This document shows positions 1 through 8,074 of a stretch of 42,397 nt of DNA, piece by piece (position 1 is the stretch's first letter; each line of letters opens with the position of its first letter). The DNA lies in assembly GCA_003171235.1 (NCBI GenBank), contig PMYM01000182.1, positions 1-42,397 on the forward strand. Reading direction: 5' to 3'. The stretch comes from Phycisphaerales bacterium. Its GTDB lineage: Bacteria > Planctomycetota > Phycisphaerae > SM23-33. The notes beneath the pieces were generated by a model. That model searched no databases. It was not told where the DNA came from and saw nothing but the letters and a program-made list of their open reading frames with translations. A program made the translations under genes and the position numbers.

Positions 1-122
1 CTAGTAGTCTGTAACAGGAAATTCCACGGGTGGCACAGCCTTTCTAGGCTGTGCGCGCACAGGCTGGAAAGCCTGTGCCACCAAAGAACCTACCCATCGT
101 TTTTGCTGTGACAGACTACTAG
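1..122. repeat. Palindromic twin-hairpin intergenic element, family 1 (GGTGGCACAGSC core)
   Basis: A 12-nt terminal inverted repeat is formed by CTAGTAGTCTGT (1-12) and ACAGACTACTAG (111-122). The core at 29-82 reads GGTGGCACAGCC-tttcta-GGCTGTGC GCGC ACAGGC-tggaaa-GCCTGTGCCACC. Related copies lie at 10295-10380 and 13015-13070. The stop codon of the adjacent oxidoreductase (119-121) lies inside the right arm. Confidence 0.8.
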
Positions 123-1282
123 TTCTTCAGCAGCCGGCGAAACTCGCGGTTGGCCTGGCGGCGCAGGTCCAGGCTCCTGCCGGCGCCGCGGGTGCGGGAG
201 AGTCTCTCCAGCAGGCGGTCCATCTCGGCCGCATCGACCGGCAGCTCCACGGGCTTGTTCTTGTAGCCGGAGATGTAGACGGCGTTGGATATCTCCAGCC
301 CGCCGATGCCGCTGGCGCCCGGCGCGATCAGCTTCTCGCCGCGGAGAATATGGCCCACGAAGTTGCGCGTGACGCGGATGTGCCGCTGGTCGGTGGGCCT
401 CAGGGCCACGTCCTTCCACTGGCAGGGCACGCTGCCCCAGATCTCCTTGCAGGTGGTCAGGTGCTGGGTGAGCGGAACCTTAAGCTTGGCGAAGCGCAGC
501 TTGTCGCCCTCGGCCACCAGCGTGCCCTTGTCGCCGCAGACCATGAACTGCTCGTAGCCGGGGGCCTCGGCCGTGGTGGCGTAGATGTAGCCGGTGCGGC
601 CCTGGCCGTAATCCAGGATGACGTTGGCGGTGTTCTCCACCTCGATCTTGTGGATGCGGGTGCCCAGGGTGGCCAGCACGCGCCGGGGCATGCCGCCGAT
701 CCACTGGAAGAGGTCCAGGCTGTGCGGGGCCTGGTTGAGCAGCACGCCCCCGCCCTCGCCGTCCCAACTGCCGCGCCAGGCGCCGCTGTTGTAGTAGGTC
801 TGGGTGCGGTACCAGTTGGAGCAGATCATCTGCACGCGGAATATCTCGCCGATGGCCCCATCGTCCACCATTTTCTTCATGGCCGCCATGTTGGAGCGGA
901 AGCGCATCTGGAACATCACGCCCAGGGCCACCTTGCGGCGTGCGCACTCCCGGATCATGGCCCGGGCGGCCCCCACCGTCACCGCCATGGGCTTTTCCGT
1001 CAGCACGTGAATGCCGCGCCGGGCGGCGTTGACGGTCACCGTGGGGTGGAAATAATGCGGCACGGCCACGATCACCGCGTCCACCAGCCCAGAGTCCATC
1101 ATCTCCCGGTAGTCGGCAAACCAGGGGACATGGTAGTCGGCGGCGAATTTATCGGCCAGCCGGGTCTGGCTGTCGGAAACGGCCGAGAGGCAAAACTCGC
1201 GACTGGCCGCCTGCGCGATGCCGTCCGCGTGAATCTTGCCGATATATCCGCAACCGATAACTCCGAATCGAACTTTCTTCAT
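119..1282 (-). CDS. Gfo/Idh/MocA family NAD(P)-dependent oxidoreductase
   Basis: The ORF is 119-1333. I prefer the internal ATG at 1280-1282, giving MKKVRFGVIGCGYIGKIH (Rossmann GxGxxG at the N-terminus). An EKP motif (LTEKPMA) and a family-typical C-terminal alpha/beta domain are present. Confidence 0.9.
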   Translation of the reverse strand: MKKVRFGVIGCGYIGKIHADGIAQAASREFCLSAVSDSQTRLADKFAADYHVPWFADYREMMDSGLVDAVIVAVPHYFHPTVTVNAARRGIHVLTEKPMAVTVGAARAMIRECARRKVALGVMFQMRFRSNMAAMKKMVDDGAIGEIFRVQMICSNWYRTQTYYNSGAWRGSWDGEGGGVLLNQAPHSLDLFQWIGGMPRRVLATLGTRIHKIEVENTANVILDYGQGRTGYIYATTAEAPGYEQFMVCGDKGTLVAEGDKLRFAKLKVPLTQHLTTCKEIWGSVPCQWKDVALRPTDQRHIRVTRNFVGHILRGEKLIAPGASGIGGLEISNAVYISGYKNKPVELPVDAAEMDRLLERLSRTRGAGRSLDLRRQANREFRRLLKN

Positions 1283-1376
1283 GGCCTGCCTTTCCTGTGA
1301 AAGACAATCTACCCCATGCCTTGCGGCCTTCACAAGGGCCTGTTGCCCGGGGGCCCGCCGGCGTTATAGTGGAGGC

Positions 1377-2066
1377 ATGCTCCAGCGCGTACGCATCAAG
1401 ATCTGCGGCCTGCGCGATCCGGTGCAGGCGGCCAAGATCGCCCAGATGGGCACCGACGCCATCGGCCTGGTCATGGCCCCCTCGCCGCGCTGGGTGTCGC
1501 CCGAGCAGGCCCGGGCGGTGACCGACCAGTTGCCCCCGCTGGTCTGGGCGGTGGGCGTTTTCGCCGACAGCCCGCCGGAAACGATCAACGCCGCCGTGCG
1601 GCGATCCGGCATCCACGTCATCCAACTGCACGGCCAAGAGAAACCCGAACTGGTCGAGGCCCTGGAGCGGCCCTGCATCAAGGCCTTCGCCATGCGCGAC
1701 GCCAACTGGATCGACTCGGTCCGCAACTGGCTGGACGGGGTGAAGGACCACCGCCGCCTGCTGGCGATCCTGCTGGACGCCTACAAGAGCGACGCCCGCG
1801 GCGGCACCGGGCAGCGCTTCAACTGGGAGTGGGTCCTAGCCGCACGGGCCAAGCGGCAACTGGAAGGCCTGCCGCCGCTGGTGCTCTCGGGCGGCCTGGA
1901 CGCCGGCGTCGTCGGCGACGCCATCGACATCGTCCAACCCTGGGCGGTGGACGTCTCCAGCGGGGTGGAGTCGGCCCCGGGCATCAAGGACTTGAACAAG
2001 GTGGCGGATTTCATCCAGGCCACCAAGGAAGGCAGCCCGCTCCGCAGCGAATTCTGGATGCCCTGA
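1377..2066 (+). CDS. trpF: Phosphoribosylanthranilate isomerase
   Basis: ATG at 1377 gives MLQRVRIKICGLRDPVQAAKIAQMGTDAIGLV...IQLHGQE...LLDAY...GGTGQRF.W...LSGGL, the typical PRAI TIM-barrel signature. The upstream part of the ORF (1236-1376) overlaps the divergent oxidoreductase start. Confidence 0.9.
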   Translation: MLQRVRIKICGLRDPVQAAKIAQMGTDAIGLVMAPSPRWVSPEQARAVTDQLPPLVWAVGVFADSPPETINAAVRRSGIHVIQLHGQEKPELVEALERPCIKAFAMRDANWIDSVRNWLDGVKDHRRLLAILLDAYKSDARGGTGQRFNWEWVLAARAKRQLEGLPPLVLSGGLDAGVVGDAIDIVQPWAVDVSSGVESAPGIKDLNKVADFIQATKEGSPLRSEFWMP

Positions 2067-2074
2067 CCGGAGAC

Positions 2075-2109
2075 GGTAGCCAGTAGCCAGGAGCCGGTAG
2101 CCCGGTGCC
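2075..2109. repeat. 5 x 7-nt tandem array (GGTAGCC type)
   Basis: The units are ggtagcc agtagcc aggagcc ggtagcc cggtgcc, with exact 7-nt phase, starting 9 nt after the trpF stop. A single inverted GGCTAC unit lies at 2203-2208 on the other side of the terminator hairpin. Confidence 0.8.
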
Positions 2110-2150
2110 GTGGGCTGCGACGCGAAGCGGAGCAACCACGCGCGACGCGG

Positions 2151-2187
2151 GAAAAACCAAAAAGAAACCCCCGGCTTACGCCGGGGG
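2151..2187 (-). terminator. Intrinsic terminator of the minus-strand ECF/DUF4139 operon
   Basis: An 8-bp all-GC stem pairs cccccggc (2168-2175) with gccggggg (2180-2187) around a 4-nt loop. On the minus strand it is followed by tttctttttggttttt (complement of 2151-2167). It lies 31 nt past the DUF4139 stop, between convergent genes. Confidence 0.75.
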
Positions 2188-2217
2188 CTATATAGGAAAC
2201 CGGCTACTACCCGGGGC

Positions 2218-3678
2218 CTACCACGAGTACTGAACGGTGTAGGTCACGACCGTTTCGCCCTTGGCCTTGACCGGCACGTCGAAGATCACCGTGTGGGCGT
2301 CGCCTTCATCCTTGTTGTAGTCCTGACTCTTGGCCGTGATCTCCCAACTGCTCCAGCGGTACATCGGCTCCTTGAGCCGCACGGTGATGTCCTGCTCCTT
2401 GTGGTTGCGGAGCTTGATTTCCATCGACTCCCACATCATCTTCCGGGACGTCTCCACCTTGAAGCTGGTCTGCTTGCGCTCCCCCACCACGTCGAAGGCG
2501 TTGCCGATCTGCAGGCTGAGCTTCTCGTCCATCGGCGTGTGGTCGATCTTCTCCTCGCCGATGAACTCCATGGCCTTGTCCGCCTCGTCCCGCTTGTACA
2601 CCCGCACCTTGCCGGCCGGCAGGGGTATGCCCAGCTTGTTGGCCTTTTCGTTCTTGAACTCGACGAAGATGTTCACCTTCTTGTCGCTGGTGACGCCGTA
2701 GCTGGGGTCGGTGTATTGGCCGCCGTACCAGCGGAACTGCATGGCCGGGGCGTAGAGGTATTTCTTCTCCACCTTCAGGCCGGCAACCGGGCTGAACATC
2801 TCCAGTTGCTTAACCTCGTTGTCAGCCACGGTCGAGGGCCGAGGCAGGCTGTACATGTGGTATTCAAAGAAGGCCTTTTCCTGCATGGGAGCGGCCTCGC
2901 CGAGCCCGCCCCGGGGAGCGGCGGCAACTGCCATTCTGCGGTCGGCCTGTTGCTCGACGATCTTGCGCACGTCGCCGGCGATGAACTTCAGCTTGGCATC
3001 CTTGTAGGTCTTGCCGGAGTTGTTCTGCACGCTCACCCAGCCGGACAGGTCGGCCGTCGTGTCGTCGGCTCCCAGCACCATGACGTACTCGGCGTGCCAG
3101 TTCAAGCCGCCGGTCTGGTAGGACACCTCGGCCGTCTGCTCGCCGGCCTTGCCGCCGCCGATCTGCCACAGCAGCGTCGGCTTGGTCAGCAGGCCCTCGG
3201 GCAGGCTCTTGAAGCGGATGTCGCGGACGTTGTCGGCCCGCTGGATCATCACCAGGTTGCCCGTGTCTTCCTTAAGCACAAGCTGGTTGCCGTCGAAGCT
3301 CATCAGCGTGCCGCTGTAGGCCTTGTCCTTGTCCTTGACCACCACGTCCAGGGGTTTGTCGATGTACTTCTGGAGCAATTTGTCGGCCGACACCAGGTCG
3401 TACTGGTAATTCTGCTCCAGCAGCACCGCCTGCGGGTCGGTCAGGCTCTTGAAGTGGACGGTGGTGGCGTCGATGGCCGTCGGCACGTCGATGAACTTGG
3501 CAAAACCGTCCTTGTCCACGGTGAGTTTGCGCGTCTCGCGCACCACGCCGTAGCCGCCGTTGTAAACGGTCAGGGCGATCTCTTCCTTCTGGTCCGGCGG
3601 GGGAACCTGGGCCAGGCCCAAGCAGCAGGCCGACATGATGCTCAATGCCACAATGATCGCGGTCGTTTTCGTTTTCAT
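2218..3678 (-). CDS. Secreted DUF4139 (MuiA-like, N-terminal DUF4140-like) domain protein
   Basis: ATG at 3676-3678 gives MKTKTTAIIVALSIMSACCLGLAQ (signal peptide). The remainder is clearly paralogous to the C-terminal part of the anti-sigma protein at 5279-7195 (LLEQNYQYDLVSADKLLQKYID, FFEYHMYSL, LTKPTLLWQI). Confidence 0.8.
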   Translation of the reverse strand: MKTKTTAIIVALSIMSACCLGLAQVPPPDQKEEIALTVYNGGYGVVRETRKLTVDKDGFAKFIDVPTAIDATTVHFKSLTDPQAVLLEQNYQYDLVSADKLLQKYIDKPLDVVVKDKDKAYSGTLMSFDGNQLVLKEDTGNLVMIQRADNVRDIRFKSLPEGLLTKPTLLWQIGGGKAGEQTAEVSYQTGGLNWHAEYVMVLGADDTTADLSGWVSVQNNSGKTYKDAKLKFIAGDVRKIVEQQADRRMAVAAAPRGGLGEAAPMQEKAFFEYHMYSLPRPSTVADNEVKQLEMFSPVAGLKVEKKYLYAPAMQFRWYGGQYTDPSYGVTSDKKVNIFVEFKNEKANKLGIPLPAGKVRVYKRDEADKAMEFIGEEKIDHTPMDEKLSLQIGNAFDVVGERKQTSFKVETSRKMMWESMEIKLRNHKEQDITVRLKEPMYRWSSWEITAKSQDYNKDEGDAHTVIFDVPVKAKGETVVTYTVQYSW

Positions 3679-3682
3679 GGCT

Positions 3683-4549
3683 CTACCTTTCGTTGCCCGG
3701 CGCGGAGGCCGTGGCTGGTTGGTTTTCAAGCACGCACGCACTGCTGACAGTGGCGACAAAGCTCTTGGGACTGCCCGTGCTTTTTTCAAGCAGGCGGGGA
3801 AGGCTGAAGGTTGCCTGGGCCGTAATGACGTACTTTCCCGGCAGGGTCTGCTCGTACACCGAGATCAGGCTTGAAGATTGACCCGGGCACTTTAGCGCGA
3901 TCGTGTCCCCCGCCTTGATCGGCAGGAATGGCAGGTCCGGCTGGGTGGTCAGGATTCGCAGGCGATCCTGCGTCAAGAGGCGGCTGCTGGCGCTGAGGCC
4001 GTCGGGGCGGGCGACGTCGAAGCGCACGGTGTCGGGGGCCAGGAAGCGGTCCTGGGCCGATTCGTTCTTGGCCAGCAGCCACACCTGCAGGGGTTGGCCG
4101 GCATGGCAAGGCAGGATCATCAGCCGGAGGGACAGGCCCTCCACCGGCTCGCCCTGGGCGTAGTTGGCGGCCTTTTGGATGGCCTGCCAGTATTTGGGGG
4201 GCAATGCCGGCCAGCCCGTCGGTTCAAGCCGCATCCAGGGCTGGGTCTGCTGGTATCCACCGGCGGGATCGACCGCCAGCACCCACAGGTCCGTCTGGTT
4301 CTCGGCGATGCCCTGGCCGTAGAACCTGATCGGCCCCGTGGCCGGCTGGGAACTGCCCTTGAATACCGTCAGCAGGTCCAGCGTGCCGGAACTGACTGCC
4401 TCCTGGGCGGTGGGCTTTATGCCGTGCACGCGGCCAAAGGCGACCAGCGCCGCCCGGTCGAATTCCTCCGACGTGGGCAGGTCGCCCTTGCCTGCCAAGC
4501 CGCCGGCCAGGGCAAAAGTCGCCGTCAATGCTGTTACAAAGAATCTCAT
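3683..4549 (-). CDS. Hypothetical secreted protein (no recognisable family)
   Basis: This is a 288-aa ORF with an N-terminal signal-like MRFFVTALTATFALAGGLAG. It lies 4 nt upstream of the next gene and 20 nt after the previous one, and its codon usage matches the neighbours. Confidence 0.7.
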   Translation of the reverse strand: MRFFVTALTATFALAGGLAGKGDLPTSEEFDRAALVAFGRVHGIKPTAQEAVSSGTLDLLTVFKGSSQPATGPIRFYGQGIAENQTDLWVLAVDPAGGYQQTQPWMRLEPTGWPALPPKYWQAIQKAANYAQGEPVEGLSLRLMILPCHAGQPLQVWLLAKNESAQDRFLAPDTVRFDVARPDGLSASSRLLTQDRLRILTTQPDLPFLPIKAGDTIALKCPGQSSSLISVYEQTLPGKYVITAQATFSLPRLLEKSTGSPKSFVATVSSACVLENQPATASAPGNER

Positions 4550-4569
4550 TCAAATTCCCTTAACGTCAA

Positions 4570-5286
4570 TCAACGATCGGCGGGACCGGCAGCGTTGCCG
4601 AGCGGCGCTTTCTCCGGCGCGGTCACCTGGACCTGCACCGGGGCGGCGATGATCGTCGCCTGCCGGGCGCCTTTCAGGTCCACCCCCTCGACCGGCGTAA
4701 CGTAGGAAGCGGTCAGGGTGTAAGTGCCCGGCTGGGTCCAGTAAGCGGCGAAGGTATCCCCGCGCTCGCCAAAATGGAGGCGGGAAATCGTGAATTCCGT
4801 GGACTTGCCCGGCTCGATATCCAGCGGCCTGCCAACGCGAAACTCCAGGGTGTGCATTTGCTGGAACGGAACGGTGACTGCCCCAGGCCCTTCCAGCTTC
4901 AGTTCCAGCCGGGCATCGTCGCTACCCACCGGGATGGTAATGGTGGATTTGCTCTTGTTGGTCAATTCAAAGGTCATGTCCACTACCGGCGGGGCGGGCG
5001 GCCTGATTCGCCCCGACGGGTCCTTGGCCTTCTCCTTGAGTTCTTTTGCGAAAGCCTCGCCGGATTGGCCCGGATCCAGCCCGTACGTGCCATTCTTCAC
5101 GATGAGCCTGGCCTCCAGCGGCAGGCCCTCGGGGATGGTCTTTCCCTTGGCCGCAGGCGAGGTGGCCGTCGCCGGCTGAGAGGCGACCCTTGTTGCCTGG
5201 GCCGAGATAATCTGGGCGCCAAGGCAAAGTATCGCAAGCGGCAGTGACGCGAGCAATCGCACATGCCAGAGGGTCCTGCTATTCAT
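4570..5286 (-). CDS. Hypothetical secreted protein (beta-rich, no recognisable family)
   Basis: I prefer the ATG at 5284-5286, giving MNSRTLWHVRLLASLPLAILCLGAQIISAQA (signal peptide). This start overlaps the stop of the upstream anti-sigma gene (ATGAATAG, 8-nt overlap). Confidence 0.7.
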   Translation of the reverse strand: MNSRTLWHVRLLASLPLAILCLGAQIISAQATRVASQPATATSPAAKGKTIPEGLPLEARLIVKNGTYGLDPGQSGEAFAKELKEKAKDPSGRIRPPAPPVVDMTFELTNKSKSTITIPVGSDDARLELKLEGPGAVTVPFQQMHTLEFRVGRPLDIEPGKSTEFTISRLHFGERGDTFAAYWTQPGTYTLTASYVTPVEGVDLKGARQATIIAAPVQVQVTAPEKAPLGNAAGPADR

Positions 5287-7195
5287 ATTGGTCTCCTGCG
5301 TACGGTTGATCGACAGGCTCAAGCAGGGGCGCCTGGCTCTCGCTTTCCTTGTCGTAAGGCGAAACCAGCCCGCCGCCGCTCCGGCCGTAGCGGAAATTCA
5401 CCTCGGCCTGGGCGCTGCCATTGGCGGGGACGGTCAGGTCGAACTCAATCCAACCAACCTGGCGGATATGCCAGGGGATCTTCTTGTCGCCCTGGGTTAC
5501 GCTCAGGGTACTGGTGGTTATCGGCACGTGGGCCACCGCCGTGACCGTCACGGCGTAAGACTTGTGGTTGCGTATCTGATAGGTGTACTTGGAGTCGCGG
5601 TCGGGGGCGTACACCACCTGCTTGAATTGGCCGGCTAGGTCGAAGGCAAAGCCCCAGGGCAGGCGGACCTTTTCGTCCACGGGGGTGTGGTCGATCTTCA
5701 CCTTGGAGACAAAGGCGTCCTGGCCTTCCGGGTCGGGGGCGTACAGGCTGACCACGCCCTTGGGGATGGGCTTGCCCAGGCCGTTGTCCTTGGTGTTCTT
5801 GAACTCGCTGACCACGCGGGCGGCGGTGGCGTTGACGTTGGGGTCGAAGACGTAGGCGCGGGTGAGTTTCAGGCCGTTGCCCGAAACCAATTCGATCTGC
5901 TTGACCTGGGCGTCATGCAGGGTGGTCTGTTGTTTGAGGGTGTAAAGGTGGTACTCGAAGAAGGATTTTTCCTCAAAACCCAATCCGGTCTGGTCCGCGG
6001 TTGACCTCTGCAGCTTATCCTTTTCTGCCCCACCAAACCCCCCATATTCATCCTGCACAAGGTGGACATCCCCAGCCATCAACTTGAGGCTGGCGTTTTC
6101 AAAGCTCACGCCGGAAAGGTTGGTGACGGTGGCGTAGCCGACCAGGTCGGCGGTGTCCGTGATGGCCGGTGCGCCGGCCCCCACCCCGGCCGGCCCCCCT
6201 GCCGGACGGAGCTTGAGGACGTAATCGGCCCGCCAACTCAGGCCGTGGGTCATATAGGCCACCTCGAACTTCTGCTGGTTGCGGGCGGCGGCATTGTCCA
6301 ACTGCCAGATGAGCGTGGGCCGGGTAAGCAGGCCCTCGGGCATCTTGTCCAAGGCGATGGATTGAACCTCCCGCCGGCTGATGGTCCGCGGGCGCGAGCC
6401 GTCTTTCTCGGCCGAGCCGATATCGACAACCAGGTTCTCCCCGTCGAAGCTCATGAGCCTGCCCGACACCGCGGGGGTGGCCTTGCCGCCCTCGCCCTTG
6501 AGGTTAACGGCGACCTTCCGGTCGATGTAGCGTTTGAGCAGGGCCTGGGCCGATGCCAGGTCGTACTGGTAGTTCTGCTCGAGGATTTTCAGGTTGTCGC
6601 CGTCATCCAGGCTGCGGAGGCGGACGCTGTCGGGCAATATCTGCGTGGGCACGTCGGTGAAGGCCACCCTGGCCTGACCGCCTGCCAGGTTGGCGATAAG
6701 CCGCTGGTCGCGGACCAGGGCCAACCCCTGCCAGCCGCGGGCGTATTGCTTGTCCTGCTGGAGCATGGCGTAGGGAACGGGCGGCAGGCCTTCCGGCTCG
6801 GACATGATCGTGAGCGATACGTTCTGTCGCGTTATCTGAATGCCCTGGGCGTAGGCGGCGTTGTTGCTTGGACCCTTTTCAAAAAGGAAGAACGCCAGCA
6901 CGGCCACCAGGATCATGGCCGCGGCGGCCAGGGCGACAAAGGCCAGGCGAAAAGCCGGCCGGATAAAGGGCTTGGGCCTCGCTACGGAAAGGTGGATCGG
7001 CAAGGCGATTGGCATGCTCGCCGGCTCGCCCGCGGCGTATTTCGACAGCAGCCGCCGGGCCGCCAGCAGCTTCTGCTGCTCCGCCCGGCAGGCGGCGCAG
7101 GATTCCAGGTGCCCCAGCAATTCCTCGCGTGGCTGTGGCTCCAGTTCACCGTACACCAGGTCCACCAGCATTTCGCCGGCCTGGGCGCAGTTCAT
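5279..7195 (-). CDS. Anti-sigma factor (zf-HC2 / ZAS-like N-terminus) fused to a transmembrane helix and a DUF4139 domain
   Basis: ATG at 7193-7195 gives MNCAQAGEMLVDLVYGELEP...LLGHLESCAACRAEQ (H-x3-C-x2-C). One TM helix is present (FRLAFVALAAAAMILVAVLAFFLF). A roughly 500-aa C-terminal region follows with DUF4139-type blocks (ILEQNYQYDLASAQALLKRYID, FFEYHLYTL). Confidence 0.8.
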   Translation of the reverse strand: MNCAQAGEMLVDLVYGELEPQPREELLGHLESCAACRAEQQKLLAARRLLSKYAAGEPASMPIALPIHLSVARPKPFIRPAFRLAFVALAAAAMILVAVLAFFLFEKGPSNNAAYAQGIQITRQNVSLTIMSEPEGLPPVPYAMLQQDKQYARGWQGLALVRDQRLIANLAGGQARVAFTDVPTQILPDSVRLRSLDDGDNLKILEQNYQYDLASAQALLKRYIDRKVAVNLKGEGGKATPAVSGRLMSFDGENLVVDIGSAEKDGSRPRTISRREVQSIALDKMPEGLLTRPTLIWQLDNAAARNQQKFEVAYMTHGLSWRADYVLKLRPAGGPAGVGAGAPAITDTADLVGYATVTNLSGVSFENASLKLMAGDVHLVQDEYGGFGGAEKDKLQRSTADQTGLGFEEKSFFEYHLYTLKQQTTLHDAQVKQIELVSGNGLKLTRAYVFDPNVNATAARVVSEFKNTKDNGLGKPIPKGVVSLYAPDPEGQDAFVSKVKIDHTPVDEKVRLPWGFAFDLAGQFKQVVYAPDRDSKYTYQIRNHKSYAVTVTAVAHVPITTSTLSVTQGDKKIPWHIRQVGWIEFDLTVPANGSAQAEVNFRYGRSGGGLVSPYDKESESQAPLLEPVDQPYAGDQYE

Positions 7196-7209
7196 GGCGA
7201 CACCTCCTG

Positions 7210-7321
7210 CGTGTCGCGGGCATCCTGCCCGCGCGTCCCGCGCCCGTCCCGCCTGCGGAAAGACGGCAAGACGCGAAGGCAAGATGGCATCGCGACTCGC
7301 GGGCGAGACGCCCGCGACACG
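7210..7321. repeat. Hairpin element bounded by terminal inverted repeats, family 3 (GTGTCGCGGGC termini)
   Basis: cgtgtcgcgggcatcctgcccgcg (left) pairs with gcgggcgagacgcccgcgacacg (right). Each arm is itself a GCGGGC-N-GCCCGC hairpin. A second copy is at 16515-16587. The element sits between the sigma and anti-sigma genes. Confidence 0.75.
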
Positions 7322-7367
7322 AATTCGGGCTGTCGTATCAGGTTGTCATTCGAGGCCTTCACGTTGG

Positions 7368-7943
7368 TCACTCCGGCCGGAACCGCTCCAGTTCGTCGGC
7401 CAATTTCAGCAAGGCGTAGCGCACGCGGCTCTTGACCGTGGCCACCGGCATGCCCAGCATCCGGGCGATCTGAGGGAAGCTCAGGCCCTCGCTCTCCCGC
7501 AGGGCCAGGGCCTCGCGCTGCTCGGCGGGCAGCAGGTCCAGGGCCTTCCCCACCGCCTGGGCGAATTCCCTGCCCGCCAGGATGGCCGGGGCGGTGCGGT
7601 TATCGGCCGCGAGTTGTGACTGGTTGGCCGGCATCGGTTCCTGTTTGCTGGCCCGGCCGCGGCGGAGGCGGTCGATCCAGTGGTGGCGGGCGATGGCAAA
7701 GACCCACGTCCTGGCGTCGCTCCGCCCGTCGAAGCCGTCGCGCCGCTGCCATGCCCTCAGCATAGCCTCCTGGGCGACGTCCTCGGACTGGTCCCAATCG
7801 CCGCAGAGCCCGAAGAGATACCGCCGCACCGCCGGCCCGCATTCCTCCAGCGCGGCGCGCAGACGAGCCTGTGGCACGGAGCGGACCGTGTCGCCAGGCG
7901 GGCAACTCATATCGGGCCGGTCGTCGGCCACGGATACTCCCAA
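7368..7943 (-). CDS. ECF-type RNA polymerase sigma-70 family factor
   Basis: Region 2 reads DVAQEAMLRAWQRRDGFDGRSDARTWVFAIARHHWIDRLRR and region 4 reads REALALRESEGLSFPQIARMLGMPVATVKSRVRYALLKL. The start is ambiguous: TTG at 7943, GTG at 7931 (preceded by GGGAG) or ATG at 7910. Confidence 0.85.
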   Translation of the reverse strand: MGVSVADDRPDMSCPPGDTVRSVPQARLRAALEECGPAVRRYLFGLCGDWDQSEDVAQEAMLRAWQRRDGFDGRSDARTWVFAIARHHWIDRLRRGRASKQEPMPANQSQLAADNRTAPAILAGREFAQAVGKALDLLPAEQREALALRESEGLSFPQIARMLGMPVATVKSRVRYALLKLADELERFRPE

Positions 7944-8006
7944 GGCTCTCTAGCGGGTTAGACGCAGGAATCGATATTTGGATTTAATCAAAAACGCCGT
8001 CTACCA

Positions 8007-8035
8007 TTGAACTTTTGCCGCTGGGCATTTGCAAT
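8007..8035 (+). promoter_or_regulatory. Candidate sigma-70-type promoter for ahcY
   Basis: TTGAAC (8007-8012), a 17-nt spacer, then TGCAAT (8030-8035). This would give a leader of about 190 nt before the ATG at 8233. The call rests on the sequence pattern only. Confidence 0.45.
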
Positions 8036-8074
8036 CTCTTTGCCCGGGCGGCACAATGCTCTTTCTTTTCGCGG

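Noticed and set aside
2110-3747. Long antisense or alternative-frame ORFs opposite real genes. On the + strand: 2110-3747, 6062-7435, 25212-27548, 30545-32212 and 40120-41820. On the - strand: 8299-9384, 10771-12339, 12547-13815, 16527-17768, 18653-20014, 22000-24009, 25636-27864, 35169-38111 and 40001-41914.
   Set aside because: These are typical high-G+C shadow ORFs. Their translations are Arg/Gly/Pro/Ala/His-rich low-complexity strings with no motifs. Each fully overlaps a gene with clear family signatures in another frame or strand.
5279-7282. The longer anti-sigma ORF starting at TTG 7282 (MPSRLAVFPQAGRARDARAG...).
   Set aside because: The extra 29 codons are a translation of the family 3 repeat element. 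The ATG at 7195 gives the usual anti-sigma N-terminus (MNCAQAGEMLVDLVYGELEP).
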